From the NCBI RefSeq assembly GCF_001194135.2, contig NC_068984.1, positions 71,126,402 through 71,190,401 of the forward strand: a stretch of 64,000 bases of DNA, given 5' to 3'. Positions 27,272-40,309 of the stretch are shown here, in pieces (the stretch's first letter is position 1; each line of letters begins with the position of its first letter). The translations under genes and the position numbers were made by a program. The notes below the pieces were generated by a model that was not told the origin of the DNA, ran no database searches, and saw only the letters and a program-made list of their open reading frames with translations. This DNA comes from Octopus bimaculoides (lineage: Eukaryota).

Positions 27272-28484
27272 AATATATTTTGATTGCATGTACAATAAAG
27301 AAAAAAAAGTGAGGGTCTTAACAAATTCAGTACAAGCCGCAAAATATAAAAGAATAACATATTAATGAATATATTTAACAAACTAGAACTCGCTCATTTA
27401 AATAGTATTATCCAAATATACTGCAAATCATTTATATGCTTTAGCAAGTTTGATAGTACGGATGTTCAAACAATATTTTCTTCATCAGGTATAGTGTATT
27501 CATCATAAATGTTTCATCGATGACAATTAATCCCATCGTCATTGAATGGCTGATGTTTTTCCTTATAAAATCTAGTTTCATGTATGCAACCTGTTGAAGT
27601 GGATTTTTTCTTCATGTTTTCAATATAGTGTTTTGAAAGAATACAAGCTTTATATGAACACAGACCTCTCGTTTAACACTAGCAGTAGATTTAATGATTA
27701 TTTTATACGCGCTGTATGAGCCGAAATTTAGCCAAGTCGTTGTATACGTATATGTTTGTATGCATGTATGTGTGTATGTATCTGTGTGAGTATGCGTGCG
27801 TGTATATATATATATATATATATTTCTTAGCACTTTATACATAGATCATGGCATTCACCGATATTACACATACGAACATGCATACTGTGTGCGTGAGATA
27901 GCGACTTTCTTCATCCATTCCCGATCGATTTCTATGCCAAAACTCATGATATCAACAATTTCTATATACTATGTGGCTAGAAAAGTAACTAGTGATGAGG
28001 TGAAGAGTCGCAGAAACATGTAGAGGAGCATGGTAATTCACATTACATATTTCATGTTTTGGCGTGACATATTTGAGGTGTTTTTTGTAATTTAATTCAC
28101 ACTCACATAATACACTACTCATAACTTCTGATCTCCTGAGTCGTTATGTACTCTCAGTGATAACATTTCTCATGTAGATTACTTAAAATTGTTCAACCGA
28201 GTAGATTGCTAATACGCTTACGTACATACTCACATTTTGATGCGCGCACGTACATACACACATATTTATCTTTTCAATATGTTATTCTTCCCTTTCTCTT
28301 CGTTCTTGTAATTTCCCTATATTTAGTATAAAATTTAAGTCCACTCCTATTCCTCTAATCTGACATATTTATTTTCATTTTATAGATTTTCTGTGTGTTA
28401 TTGGTTCGTTTAATTTTTCTACGCGTGAGATTTTATATTATCTGTTTGTCTCGTAATCTCTCTCTCATCTTGTTTACGTGTTTT

Positions 28485-28506
28485 CTATCTATCTATCAAT
28501 CTGTCA

Positions 28507-28562
<56 letters not shown>

Positions 28563-28621
28563 GTCTGTCTATATATCTATCTGTCTGTCTATCTGCCTGT
28601 CTGTCTGTCTGTCTGTTTGTT

Positions 28622-28685
<64 letters not shown>
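28485..28685. repeat. (TCTA)n/(TCTG)n microsatellite
   Basis: Direct reading; explains the YLSI ORFs. Confidence 0.95.
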
Positions 28686-28744
28686 CAAGTTTCTGTCTGT
28701 CTATCTATATGCGTATCTGTCGATCGATCTATCTAAGCCTATTT

Positions 28745-29050
28745 CTCTGGACTACTGCTCAAATCTGTGGTCACAGCATAACATCAAACTAAAAGCCGAG
28801 ATTGAAGCGGTCCAACGTCACTACACTAAAAAGATTGTAACAGCTTAGGATTCTAAGGCCTGTAACACTTCAATATTCTGTCAAAAAAATTAGAAACCTA
28901 CAAAATGTGGACGTGGGTGTCTTCAAAAAAGCACTGGACACCTTCTTATCCACGATACAGGATGGATCAAACGGCCCGCATGAAGTACAAATGGGGCAGC
29001 TGTATCAAACTCCCTCATACCACAAATGAGCCAACAATTAAAGGTAAAGC
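28745..29050 (+). mobile_element. CR1/L2-type LINE 3' relic, internally deleted
   Basis: [30 protein letters not shown] (post-RT LEYxxxxWxP...LExVQR motif) and NVDVGVFKKALDTFLSTI. Confidence 0.7.
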
Positions 29051-29329
29051 TCATGAAGAAGTGGTGATGTAACATTCCCCCACTCTGAAGAAATTAATCA
29101 AAGAAAAATGATATGGAGAGGTCATGGGAAAGTGGATCCAGAAAGTGGAAGGATAAAAAGCGTAAAAAGAGACGAAGAAATAGAATGTGTGTTATTTCCC
29201 CTTTGACCGTAAAGCCATAAAGCTGGTTAATGTAAAATCAACGGAAGGTCTCTGATGCCTGCGATAGAGCTGCTCAATCCGAAGATTGTGGTGTTCTCCA
29301 ATTCGCGAAAACATGAAAAGTTATTTCTC

Positions 29330-29672
29330 CGTATGTTTGCATTTGCTGAAAATTTCATATCTGGAAATCAGCAGAGCGGTGGAATTCTTAGATAAAAAAC
29401 GATATGCAACCTTTCAGCTACGCATAACTTGCACCAGTGCTTGATCCCTTATTATATGAAATGGATTTTTCCATGATTTTCCACTCGATTGTATGTTGCG
29501 TTGTGTTGGACTTCAAAGCCCTTAGGTAGCTAGCCAAATTAGAGGCTTCAGTTTTGTCCATGTGCCGAAAAGAAGGTAGGTGCTTAGCACAGCATCTTTT
29601 GAAGTCGCCTCCACATAACTTGATGCACGTCTTTTTTACAGTTGGGTTATCATGTAGCATTAGTGTGACCAC
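29330..29672 (-). mobile_element. Penelope-like GIY-YIG endonuclease relic
   Basis: CIKLCGGDFKRCCAKHLPSFRHMDKTEASNLASYLRALK...IEWKIMEK...YNKGS, then ...SRYEIFSKCKH, typical Penelope C-terminus. Confidence 0.75.
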
Positions 29673-31379
29673 TCCTAATATTTCTTAAAAACGATACATC
29701 CCATTAATGCAGCGTTCGCGTAATTTTAAGTAGGAAGTATCTGTAATTTCAGAACTGTTTTGTATGGCACTATTGTGATCATCTATAAGAATGCAGTAGC
29801 TTAAATAAATTGCTTCTTACTTACAGTCCATTTAAAGTAGTCTGGTAGAATTTTCAGCTAAAATATACTTTCTCCATTGAGGAATATTTACAATGTAACT
29901 GGTTATTTGAAACAAAACACTGAATTATGAGAAAAAGAGTGTCAAACGAATTTCTTGTAAAAAATCTTTGGTTTGATGTGAAGAGAGCCATTAATGTTTT
30001 CTAATAAATGGCAGTTGTGTCCATGCACTGTATTGATTTTATTCTTTCAATGATTCTCGGAGGGTAGAACTGGTTTTAATTTATTGGAATTTGCGCAATC
30101 TCAACTTTGTAAACATGTACATGCCAATTTGTTGGCATAAATCCATAGACATATATACATATAAATATACATACATTTACACACACACACAAATACACGC
30201 ATACACACATACACATGTTTACTCATGCTTACTTAGCCGTCACTCGTAACGGAGTACAACATGATAGTTTTTACTAGGCTTTCGCGAAAGGTTTTCGCTA
30301 CCTGTATAAGTCACATGCGGATATACAAATGCTTTCAGGTTTCATAACGTTTACATATCGAAACATAGATGACGTGACAGCTGGAGGGGAAAAGGACTGC
30401 AACGGCACTAGCTTGGAACTCTTTTTCACCGCATTCAAAGAATAAAAAGTAATTGATACACACACTATGCTAGATTGTCACGAAGACAGTTGAAGGATGT
30501 CATATTCTCTGCTATATATANNNNNNNNNNNNNNNNNNNNNNNNNNNNNNNNNNNNNNNNNNNNNNNNNNNNNNNNNNNNNNNNNNNNNNNNNNNNNNNN
30601 NNNNNNNNNNNNNNNNNNNNNNNNNNNNNNNNNNNNNNNNNNNNNNNNNNNNNNNNNNNNNNNNNNNNNNNNNNNNNNNNNNNNNNNNNNNNNNNNNNNN
30701 NNNNNNNNNNNNNNNNNNNNNNNNNNNNNNATCTTTATTTCTGTAAAATGTTTCTTTTTCTTAAACACACAACATATAGTCTACAAATTTATGATGTTTT
30801 TGAAAAATACTATATTTTATCATCAAAATATATATACTTTCTCACTCAACAATTAAGATATTTATTCTAAATCGCTTATCTATTTATTTTAAATCGTTCA
30901 TCCTCCTCCCTGCCCCCCACAAAAATTACTCTGGGCTCGGAAGAGCTTTTTTCCTAAAACGCTGGTATAAAGCTCGACTAGTCGGGCAAAAACGTGTGTT
31001 TCGTTGAAAATTGATACGAAAGATTCCCGTCTCATATTTTTTCGGGCAATATAAGTATCTTTACTTATATATGCAATCAGGAATTTTCGTATTGCATTTT
31101 CTTTTCTGAGAATTTTCGATCCTTTTTTGTTTTTGAAAACTAATTATATATTGCAAGAAAAGCTTAGTATCTTTGGTTGGTTCTATAAGCGGTTTTTATG
31201 TCGTATAAATAACGCTCAAAAAGACAATTTATCGGGAACTCATACACTTCAAATAGGCGATCTTCTTTCAAAAATAATCAAACGACAAAAAAATCTCTAC
31301 TGAAATGGTAGTGAAAGTATAGAGGAAATAGTATCCAAATTCATTGCTATAGATGTATTTTCACGTGCATTCATTCGTT

Positions 31380-32000
31380 AAATATATTTTTTATGAGGAA
31401 AACTACGAAAAAGGTTTGGTGTTAACGTAATAGAGTTTCTCATTTGACGCATACAATTCAATAATGCCGTAGATGATTCAGCAAGAAATTTTGTTAATAT
31501 GATTTATGAAATAACTAAAAGATAGAGGAACTCAAATATTCAGCATTTCTTTAGGTGAATGTTTGTCTTCGCATAATTGAAGATATAATTAATGTACACC
31601 TGTCTGGTGAATTCTGGAATGATTTCAGTTAATGACACGGCACCCTTTGTCAATATAGACGCCGTGAAGCTGCTTATGCTATGATCAAAAGAAAGTTTAA
31701 TCAATTAATGATGTATCTAATTTAACTAATGATATTTGATACATTGAAAATGAGTCGGAAGTTACGTTCGAAGATGACTATCACATTTAGAAGATTCCGT
31801 TATTTATGTCAATATACATCGATGTAAACTTAGAGAAATAAGCTGGACTGCAGAAGGTCATTACGTTTAAGAAATTTAATACATTGGTTGTGCCATTTAA
31901 AAGTAAGTGCAATTGTTAATTACTGTCCTCAGCTTACCAAAAATCATGCACACATCTTTAAAAAATGCTTTTAAGTACATGATGCTCATTAATTGTAATT
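31380..32000 (+). mobile_element. Possible highly decayed hAT transposase core
   Basis: Short frame-broken matches in the expected order: AVDDSA (cf. xLDESTD), DTAPFV (cf. TDGAP), EISWTAEG (cf. VRWLS); weak. Confidence 0.25.
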
Positions 32001-33079
32001 AATCAACGATGAAAACAGAGATATATAATGGCTATGTAATAGAAGGAATTTCGCTCTTTTAAAATATTATAACACAAAAGTTATGCGTCATATGAAGAAC
32101 CACTCATATAGATAATATGTATTTTTATTAACCCCGTATTAGGTGGAGCTAAAAAACTAAGTCAAAATGATGCTTCTTTATCCTTGAAGAAAACCTATCT
32201 TCTTAATTTTTGAAGTGAATCGACAAAATTTGCTAATGTCTTGTTTGCTGAGAAAATGTTCCAAGAATATAATCGAACAATGTGAGGAAAACTCTGATTG
32301 GATTGGAGTTTCATGTCAGTAATCCCCAGTTAATGTTGTATGCACCACACTCACTTCTAATTTAGATATTAAAATCAGTGCAAAATATCGCAAAGAAGGT
32401 TCTCCAATTTACCAGATGACTTACATGACTTCAGAATCACTCCATCAACATTAACGTCACTACTTCGGAAATTAAACTATTCCATTAAAAATGTTGTTGG
32501 ATGGCGTCGAGAGAGCAATTAAACTTTTTATGGTCCAAGTGATATTTTTAAAGAGAAGAAAGAATTGAAAATACTGGATATAGAATTGTTATGTTGCAGC
32601 TATTTCCTGCCGCTATACTATTCTTTTGACTTAATTGGTCTGCTGTAGGGATTTTGTTGCAAAATTGCAGCCAAATTTAAGTAGCAATTCCATCAACAAT
32701 ATTTGCTTCTTCACTCGATTCTATTTATCTGCTTCATATTTATTTTAATAACTGGGAAATTTTTATCATTCTTTTTCGTAAATATTTTTTCTATATGTAA
32801 ACATATTAAGTAAATTTTAATTTTAATTACTCACAACACACACACTCACACACACAGACATATCAATTTAAATTCACGCACAACCGAAAGAGTAACTAAT
32901 AGTTTCAGGCTTTTATTATAACTGAACAGGCATATTTATAAAATACGCCATGTACCTTAAAATAATAATTCATGTTCTGTTTATGTGTTATACATATTTT
33001 AAAAACAAGAACGCAGGGCAGTAAAAAAAAATAAGGAAAACTTGGAAAAAACGTGAAGAAGATTGGTGCAAAAAATAGA

Positions 33080-34420
33080 ATGAGAAAAAAGATATCAAGA
33101 AAAACTAAGATCCTCGTCCTCCCTGAGTGCAGAAAGCTCATTAAGCACAACTAGTTTAGAAGAAAATAATAGAAACTATGTCAATGTCTGCAAGACAACA
33201 ATCCAATCCGAAGTGGTTGGTCCCTTCCAATGTGATAAAAGAAACCTTTTCATGTACCTACACCTGCTTACATTTTCAGATCTCGAATTAAGCAGTCTAT
33301 TGGAATTGTTGGATCCAAGAAGAATATGAAATATTTCTGCCACATATAATTCGCATTTCTTAGATCCATTAACATATGGCTTGGATTTATCTTTTCTCCA
33401 TTTAATTGCTTCTAGTGTGGAACTATTCTCCACTTAATTGTACGTGACTAGCCGACTTAGTTACATTACTTTTATCGATGTGCCGGAAAGAAGATAGGCG
33501 GTCCCTTGAAATCGCCCTCATATAACCAGATGTAATTCTTCTTTATAATTGGTTTGTCTTGGAGCATAGTTGTATATGACAGTTAATTGTACACGCCTCA
33601 CGTGGGCAAGATTCAAGGTCTCGATAGTTACAAGTGGGAGTGGTCTCTTCGTGATATTTACGGGTTAGAAGGTTCTTCATATTGGGGCAGCAGTTGTATG
33701 ATATTTTTTTCTGAGCGCCTGTAAAAAGTCATCCTATAATTATGATCTTTTGTAAAATGTTTATTTAAAAGTGACAGTACTTTCTTGCTTACATTAGTCG
33801 TAACATTAAAGGAGAAAGGAGGGGCGAACCAAATTATTTTCCTAGGTCTATTTTTTAAATCTATTTTAAAGAGTTCCATTTTAATTAAAGTGTTGTAATA
33901 TATCTTTTCTTTTATTTGCTGTTAGCGAGGACACTGCTATAGTAGGAGACTACCTTATTAGATATTCGTCTTGAAGAAGATAGATTTGATATCCTGTTAC
34001 TACTAGCTATCATATTTTTAAAGACAGGACTATTTATATATGTATGAAGGCTTCTTTTTGGCCTATGATTCGGCTTATAAAAACAGGAGTTCAAATCTAG
34101 GGAAACATCTAAACAATCAACTTAGGACAAATTAGTAGTAAGTTTGATTTTGAGACCTAAGTGACTAAAGGTATCAATAAGATTTTTCCTAAATTTGTGA
34201 AGTGTATGACCATCAGAGCCATGAGATACTCCCAACCCATCATCTCAATGTAGACCAACAAAATGGAATGGTAACTTGGATCTCAGTGTATTTAATATAA
34301 AATATGCTTGTGCAGATGTATACACAAATATATTTTCTGTTATTTTGTTGTAATGCAGTTGTATTTAGTGATCTTTCTGCAATTAAGTAGGACGAGAATT
34401 TTAGTTTTCTTGTTCAAGTA
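33080..34420 (-). mobile_element. Penelope-like element 3' part (GIY-YIG relic) with inverted terminal fragment
   Basis: KNRPRKIIWFAPPFSFNVTTNVSKKVLSLLNKHFTKDHNY...SFRHIDKSNVT...PYVNGSKKCELYVAEIFHIL...LLNSRSENVSRCRY; 34240-34420 (+) resembles 33080-33230 (-). Confidence 0.8.
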
Positions 34421-34569
34421 TCAAAAAGGCATGAAACTACTAGTAGTTCTATCGGTTGTGTATTTGAATATATATTTATCCCTCCCCAGATGGAGTACAT
34501 TATTGTCTATTTTAACTCTATTGCATCATTAAACTATATATATGTTATTTTTCATTGCAGCCAAATAAG

Positions 34570-35150
34570 GATTTTCAAAAAGAAGAAATGTTCCATCGCT
34601 ATTTTTCTGTCAAAAGAGGAGTTGTACACTTTCCTAAATCCACATGAGATACAGAGAGCTTCTTGATATTTACAGAGATGATAACATTGAAAGAAGAGAA
34701 GCGTCAATCATTCAGAAAAGAAGACAGAAGGATATAATGAAATTCGAAAAATGACACGAATCACTGTCGGTCTGGAGAATTTCATTCCTGCAGACAGATG
34801 AATGACAAACCGTGAGCTTACCGAAGACTGAACATTAGTCACAATGTATTACAGGAGAAAATGAAAGAATTTAGCATTTGTTTATAAGAAAATGTTTGCA
34901 AATTGGCTAATTCGACATTGCACATTTAGGTTTAAGTGTAGACATATGGATATCGACTCTGATCTACTGAAAGCGTTTGAAATCAATGAAGACAGGCCTC
35001 TCTCTCCCGATCTAAAATCAGCTGATGAAACTGGAGCATTTACGTATGATGTAGTATCAAGGAATCCCAGTCCGTTGAAAAGTATCACACAAATTCTTGA
35101 AGCCTTGTAACTCATGAGCCAACCTTCAGCATAAAACACGATGCTTGGGG
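34570..35150 (+). mobile_element. Mariner-type transposase relic
   Basis: DR*MTNRELTED (cf. DRRxTxRELAE), MFANWL...DLLKAFEINEDRPLSPDLKSADETGAFTYD (cf. CARWVP...IxTGDETWxxxYD). Confidence 0.55.
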
Positions 35151-36263
35151 CAACGAAAAAGACGTAATCATCGCTGATTTCTATAACGTAGCCGTACCGT
35201 TAGCGCCCAGAGTTGCGTCATGACACACAAAATAATTAGAGTAATCTCTAGAAAGTATTTTTACAACAAATTCTGAATATCCAAACTACACACATACACA
35301 TACACACATGTACATGTACACATAAACACATGCACATAGGCCTACACATACAAACACACACGTGCACACATAAACACATGCAAATAGACATACACGCACA
35401 TACACGCATATGAAGAGTATGCTGGCATACGACATACAATTAACTGAACATTTTATTCTTAGTCTTGAGAACAATTAACATATGAAAACTAATTCTGTTC
35501 ATACGAGCAATTAGCCAATAATGAAATTTTAGTCAATTCAAAAACATTAATTATATGTAGAGTGGAGTGATAATGTGGTTATAATCATGTATTACATTGT
35601 TCTTCATACATCTTTTCAGTGAATCTTACACTAACAACGAATAGTATATCAGAGATAATTGAAGACTTGCATAGGAGTTTTGTAAATGAACGCCAAATGG
35701 CTCTAAAATTTTATATAATGTTTGGGGAAATTATCCAGAGACGCCTGCTAAATAAGACCTGCATTAAGATCTGAAATGTAAGATGACGGAAGCTCGTCAC
35801 AGCACATGTTAATTGCATTCATACGGCCGCATATTATGATGAACTAAATCCACCAACATTATTATGAATCGGCAAGTCCCCAGAAACAGCTGTTGGATTA
35901 TAACACATTCCTCCCTCACCTTTAATGTTCTTTGTCGTTTGTACTCTGTGCAAGTTGAATCTATTAAAATAATACCTATATATTTATATTTAAAAATCCT
36001 TCACCTGAAAGATTCCACATTTTTTTCTCTCGTTTTGCATGGGTATATATATATATACGCATATTTTATATTTGATGTGTTTAATATGTTTAATATATAT
36101 GATATTTCGAATTTTTTATCCGCATAATTGCCTCACTCTGCCTCTCTGTCACCCTCTCTCTCCCTCTCTCTCTCTTTCTATATATACATATATACATACA
36201 TGTATGCAGACAGACAGACAGACGCTCGCGCGCACACACACACACGCACGCATACATGAACAA

Positions 36264-36447
36264 TAGTGGCTGTGGGGTAAGAAGCTTACTTCCCAACCGC
36301 ATGGTTCCGGGATCCGTGTTGTGGGTTTAGGATTCCGGGTTCACTCTCACTGTGTGATACCTCGGGCTAGTGTCTTCTATTATAGACTCGGGCCAACCAA
36401 ATCCTTGACAGTGGACAGGGTAGACGGAAACTGAAAGTCCGTCGCTT
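36264..36447 (+). mobile_element. SINE family B head and body
   Basis: gtggctgtggggtaagaagcttacttcccaaccgcatggttccggg...gggtagacggaaactgaaag. Confidence 0.75.
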
Positions 36448-37243
36448 ATATATATACACACACTAATGTATAATTATAAAGGTGAAATCATAGAACAATG
36501 TGGAGATAAACAACACCAACAAGCTAGAGGTACATGCCGAATGGAGACTAAAAACACATCTTGCACAAGGTTAGTACAGGTTAAAACGGAGAAAATAAAT
36601 AAAGAATTTTTTTTTTTTAATTGGTTAATTATAAACGATTTCTAGCTACGTGATATGAAGTGCCCCTGCCATCTTCAGTATAATATACCTCATAGTACAT
36701 AAATGAAAAAATGTATATATACCCTTATGAATACATATCCACACATATATTCGCACGTATATACGAGACAAATCTAATTCATTCACCTCAGTCACGTGCA
36801 TTTACGACCAAAATAATACATCAGTGAATATAAATTGATCGGAGTAAATAATATGTATTTATACATAATGAGGGATAAAAATCATTAAAAAAAAAATCTA
36901 GTGGTGAGCATTAATAAAAAAACAAAACCGGTAACAATTAATACTACTCTATGATTATAAGGATATAATTATTGTAAAGGTTGCTGAGAAAAATACCAAC
37001 AGGCTAGAGATAAACACCAAATGGCGCTAAAACCACAACTTGCACTCCGTTAGCACAGTTTGAAAGCGAGAAAATGAAGAAAAAAGATTTATTTTAAATA
37101 GCTTAATTATAGATCGATTTCTAGCTTAGAGATATAAAATACGTCTGCCGTCTTCAATATAATATACCCCATAGTACTTAAATGCAAATATTTATACCAA
37201 CCCAAACGAATAATACTCATATCCGCACGTATATATACATATA

Positions 37244-37497
37244 CTAGAATTAAAAGTGAAACTATAAAAGTGAAACAATATTATATGACATTACGTAATG
37301 CAAAACCAGTCTAAGAGATTGCTCTGGGCTCGCATTAGGCGCGAAGTTGAAAATTTTTTTAGCCCATGACACTCCATGGACTGTAAGTAATGAATGTGCT
37401 AAATATAAATGAAATCGGTTGTGTAGTTGTTAAATTTTAGCGATGCATACATACAGACTCACAGACAGACACACATTCTCAGTTTTATATATATAGA
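37244..37497 (-). mobile_element. Non-autonomous Helitron (254 bp) inserted in an HHR unit
   Basis: Minus strand begins TCTATATATATAAAA and ends CTAG, inserted between A and T with no TSD; flanks continue the HHR unit seen uninterrupted near 36740-36790. Confidence 0.7.
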
Positions 37498-37658
37498 TTC
37501 ACGCGTATTTACGAGTCAAATCTAATTCATTCAAGTCAAGCACGTGCATTTACGACTAAAACAATAGCTCAGGGGACAGTAATTGATGGGAGTAATTTGT
37601 ATATATTTATACATAATTAAGGATAAAAATCATATATTATACTGAAGACGGCAGAGTG

Positions 37659-37693
<35 letters not shown>

Positions 37694-37756
37694 GTGTGTA
37701 TATGTATTATTCGTATGTGTATGTATGAATATTTACATTTATGTGCTATGCGATAT

Positions 37757-37814
37757 ATTATGCTGAAGACGGCTGAGGGATTTTATATCTCTAAGCTAGA
37801 AATCGATCTATAAT
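37757..37814 (+). ncRNA. Type I hammerhead ribozyme, intact core
   Basis: attatg CTGAAGA cggctgagggat-tttat-atctctaagcta GAAA TCGA TC tataat; stem I attatg/tataat; palindromic ATCGAT minimal stem III; predicted cleavage after 37808; C-A mismatch at the base of stem II. Confidence 0.7.
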
Positions 37815-38542
37815 TAACAATTAACACGTTTTTAAAGTCTTTTCATTTTCTCACTTTCCACCTGTGCTAACGGAGTGCAAGACGTGGTTTTAGCGCCATT
37901 TGGCTTCTATCTCTAGCATGTTGTTGCTGTTTATCAGCACCCTTTACTATAATTATATCTTTATAATCATACCTTAGTATTAATTGTTACCGATAAGTTT
38001 TTTACTACATGCTGCACACTTGATACAATCTTTATAAGGATTTTATCTTCAATTATGTATGAATGTATATTATTTATTCCCATCAAATGATATTCATTGT
38101 AGTATTATTTTGGGCGTAAATGCACGAGCTTGAGGTGAATAAATTAGGTTTGACTTGCATGTACGTGTGAATTCATGCATATATACATGAGCATTTGTAT
38201 TGTTCGTATAGGTATATATAAATATTTGCATTTGTGTATAAGGGGGTATATTTTACTGAAGATGACAAAAGGATTCTATATTTCTAAGCTACAAATCGAT
38301 ATATAATTAACATTAAAAAATACTTCTTTACTCATTTTCTTGCTTTGAAACATTGCTAACAGTGTACACCACTTGGTTTTAGCTACATTTGGCGTGTATC
38401 TCTAGCATGTTGGTTTGTTTCTCAGCACCCTTTAGTATAATTATGTCTTTATAATCATACATTAGCACTAATCGTTACCTATATGTTTTTTTTATTACAT
38501 GCTTGCCATCTTTATGATTTTGTATTATGGAGATTTATACAT

Positions 38543-39677
38543 CTACAAAATGTATTTCATAGTTACAGACAGCATATTATAATAACTGACACATGTTTCC
38601 ACCCCAGTGAAGGGTGTAGGCTGTTACGCAACACAAAAATTCACGGAGTGACTAACAACTGAATGTAGTGGTAGGTGTTAGTTGCTGATGAAATTTCTAG
38701 GTCATTGATAGAGAGAAAAGTAGTTTTACAGCTGTTAATTTATTAGATGTTATATATATATATATATATATATNNNNNNNNNNNNNNNNNNNNNNNNNNN
38801 NNNNNNNNNNNNNNNNNNNNNNNNNNNNNNNNNNNNNNNNNNNNNNNNNNNNNNNNNNNNNNNNNNNNNNNNNNNNNNNNNNNNNNNNNNNNNNNNNNNN
38901 NNNNNNNNNNNNNNNNNNNNNNNNNNNNNNNNNNNNNNNNNNNNNCATATATTTGTATGTTTGTCTTTGTGTCTATGTTTGTACCCCATTGCCACTTAAA
39001 ATTCAATATTGTTTTGAAAATAGAAATAGTATATTTCTAAATATCTCAAAGAGATTTATGTAGTTGCAGTACAATAAGGTGATAGTATATTGTTAACTTA
39101 ATGTAACAGTCCCATAAAATGGAAGAATGCTACTGTTATTTAGCCCTAAGAAACACCGTTTCCTGTTGGACTTGACCCATTTCCGGTCTCGTTAACATAA
39201 GGACACAGGAAATGTGTCAAGTCAAAGAGGAAACGGTTTTTCCTAGGGTTAAATAACGGTATTGTTTTGTTTACATCCCAGAAATCTAGCGGTTTTGCAA
39301 TAGTGGCCGATTGAATAAGCAAAGTTTTCAAAAATAAGTCTTGTATTTAACTAGTTCGATCAAAACCTCGAACGGTTTTAATGCTCCAACATGGCGGCAG
39401 TCAAATTTCTAGAATAAGGAAGAGAACATAGAAAAAGAATACACATATATGTGAGTTTGGTGGGGTATATTATCTGGCCGGATACCATAAAAGCTCTCAG
39501 TTAAGTTCCAGCTATTGGCTACACACAACGATCAGCAACTAACACCTACCACTACATACAGTTGTTAGTCACTCCGTGAATTTTTGTGTTGCGTAACAGC
39601 CTACACCCTTCACTGGGGCGGAAACACGTGTCAGTTATTATAATATGCTGTCTGTAACTATGAAATACATTTTGTAG
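38543..39677. repeat. 147-bp inverted repeat pair (38543-38689 and 39531-39677)
   Basis: Arms differ at about 3 positions; right arm runs into an N-gap. Confidence 0.85.
39131..39261. mobile_element. Hairpin MITE (~127 bp) with putative TA TSD
   Basis: ta-ctgttatttagccctaagaaacaccgtttcct...aggaaacggtttttcctagggttaaataacgg-ta; inner arms gacttgac/gtcaagtc and catttcc/ggaaatg. Confidence 0.6.
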
Positions 39678-40309
39678 NNNNNNNNNNNNNNNNNNNNNNN
39701 NNNNNNNNNNNNNNNNNNNNNNNNNNNNNNNNNNNNNNNNNNNNNNNNNNNNNNNNNNNNNNNNNNNNNNNNNNNNNNNNNNNNNNNNNNNNNNNNNNNN
39801 NNNNNNNNNNNNNNNNNNNNNNNNNNNNNNNNNNNNNNNNNNNNNNNNNNNNNNNNNNNNNNTATACATATATGTATATATACATGTACATGTATATATA
39901 ATGCTAGAAGTTAAACCCGGTTTCATCCGGCCTGTTTGGATGATGTGGCCGTGATCGTTTTCGGTTAGGCATAATCTATAACAGCATTTCTGAACCTTAT
40001 CATTTCGGGTCCCCTGTTTCGATTGGAGCCTCTAGCTGTATGAAGTTTTCATCACTCCCTGTCAGAAAATAGCTTCAGGAGTTGTGAAGAAAGAATTTGT
40101 ACGTACTCTGTTTATGAGAGCTATTCTATTGGACGTCTGTATAATCATTAAAACATTTATTTAATTATGAAAATAGAAAGAAATTATATATTAATCCCAA
40201 TTTTTGTAAGCAGTTGTATCCGCAAAAAGATATATGAAATGGACGTGCGTGTATGTGAGAGGGAAAGAGGGTGAGAAATAGAGATAGAGTGAATGAGTGA
40301 AGTTGTGTG

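Larger units (their letters stand above)
36470..38520. mobile_element. Back-to-back array of ~480-490-nt hammerhead-bearing non-coding units (two minus, one truncated plus, two plus)
   Basis: Mutually homologous units; HHR consensus attata-CTGAAGA-stem II-GAAA-TCGA-TC-tataat at 36628-36684(-), 37106-37163(-), 37757-37814(+), 38250-38307(+), and a truncated core at 37642. Confidence 0.8.

Noticed and set aside
36470-38520. Repeated units as a CRISPR-like array
   Set aside because: Units are ~480 nt and homologous along their length, with no unique spacers and no cas genes; eukaryotic context.
39590-39640. Hairpin followed by GAAACACGTGTC as a hammerhead
   Set aside because: No CTGANGA box before the stem and no stem I partner; kept only as an inverted repeat.
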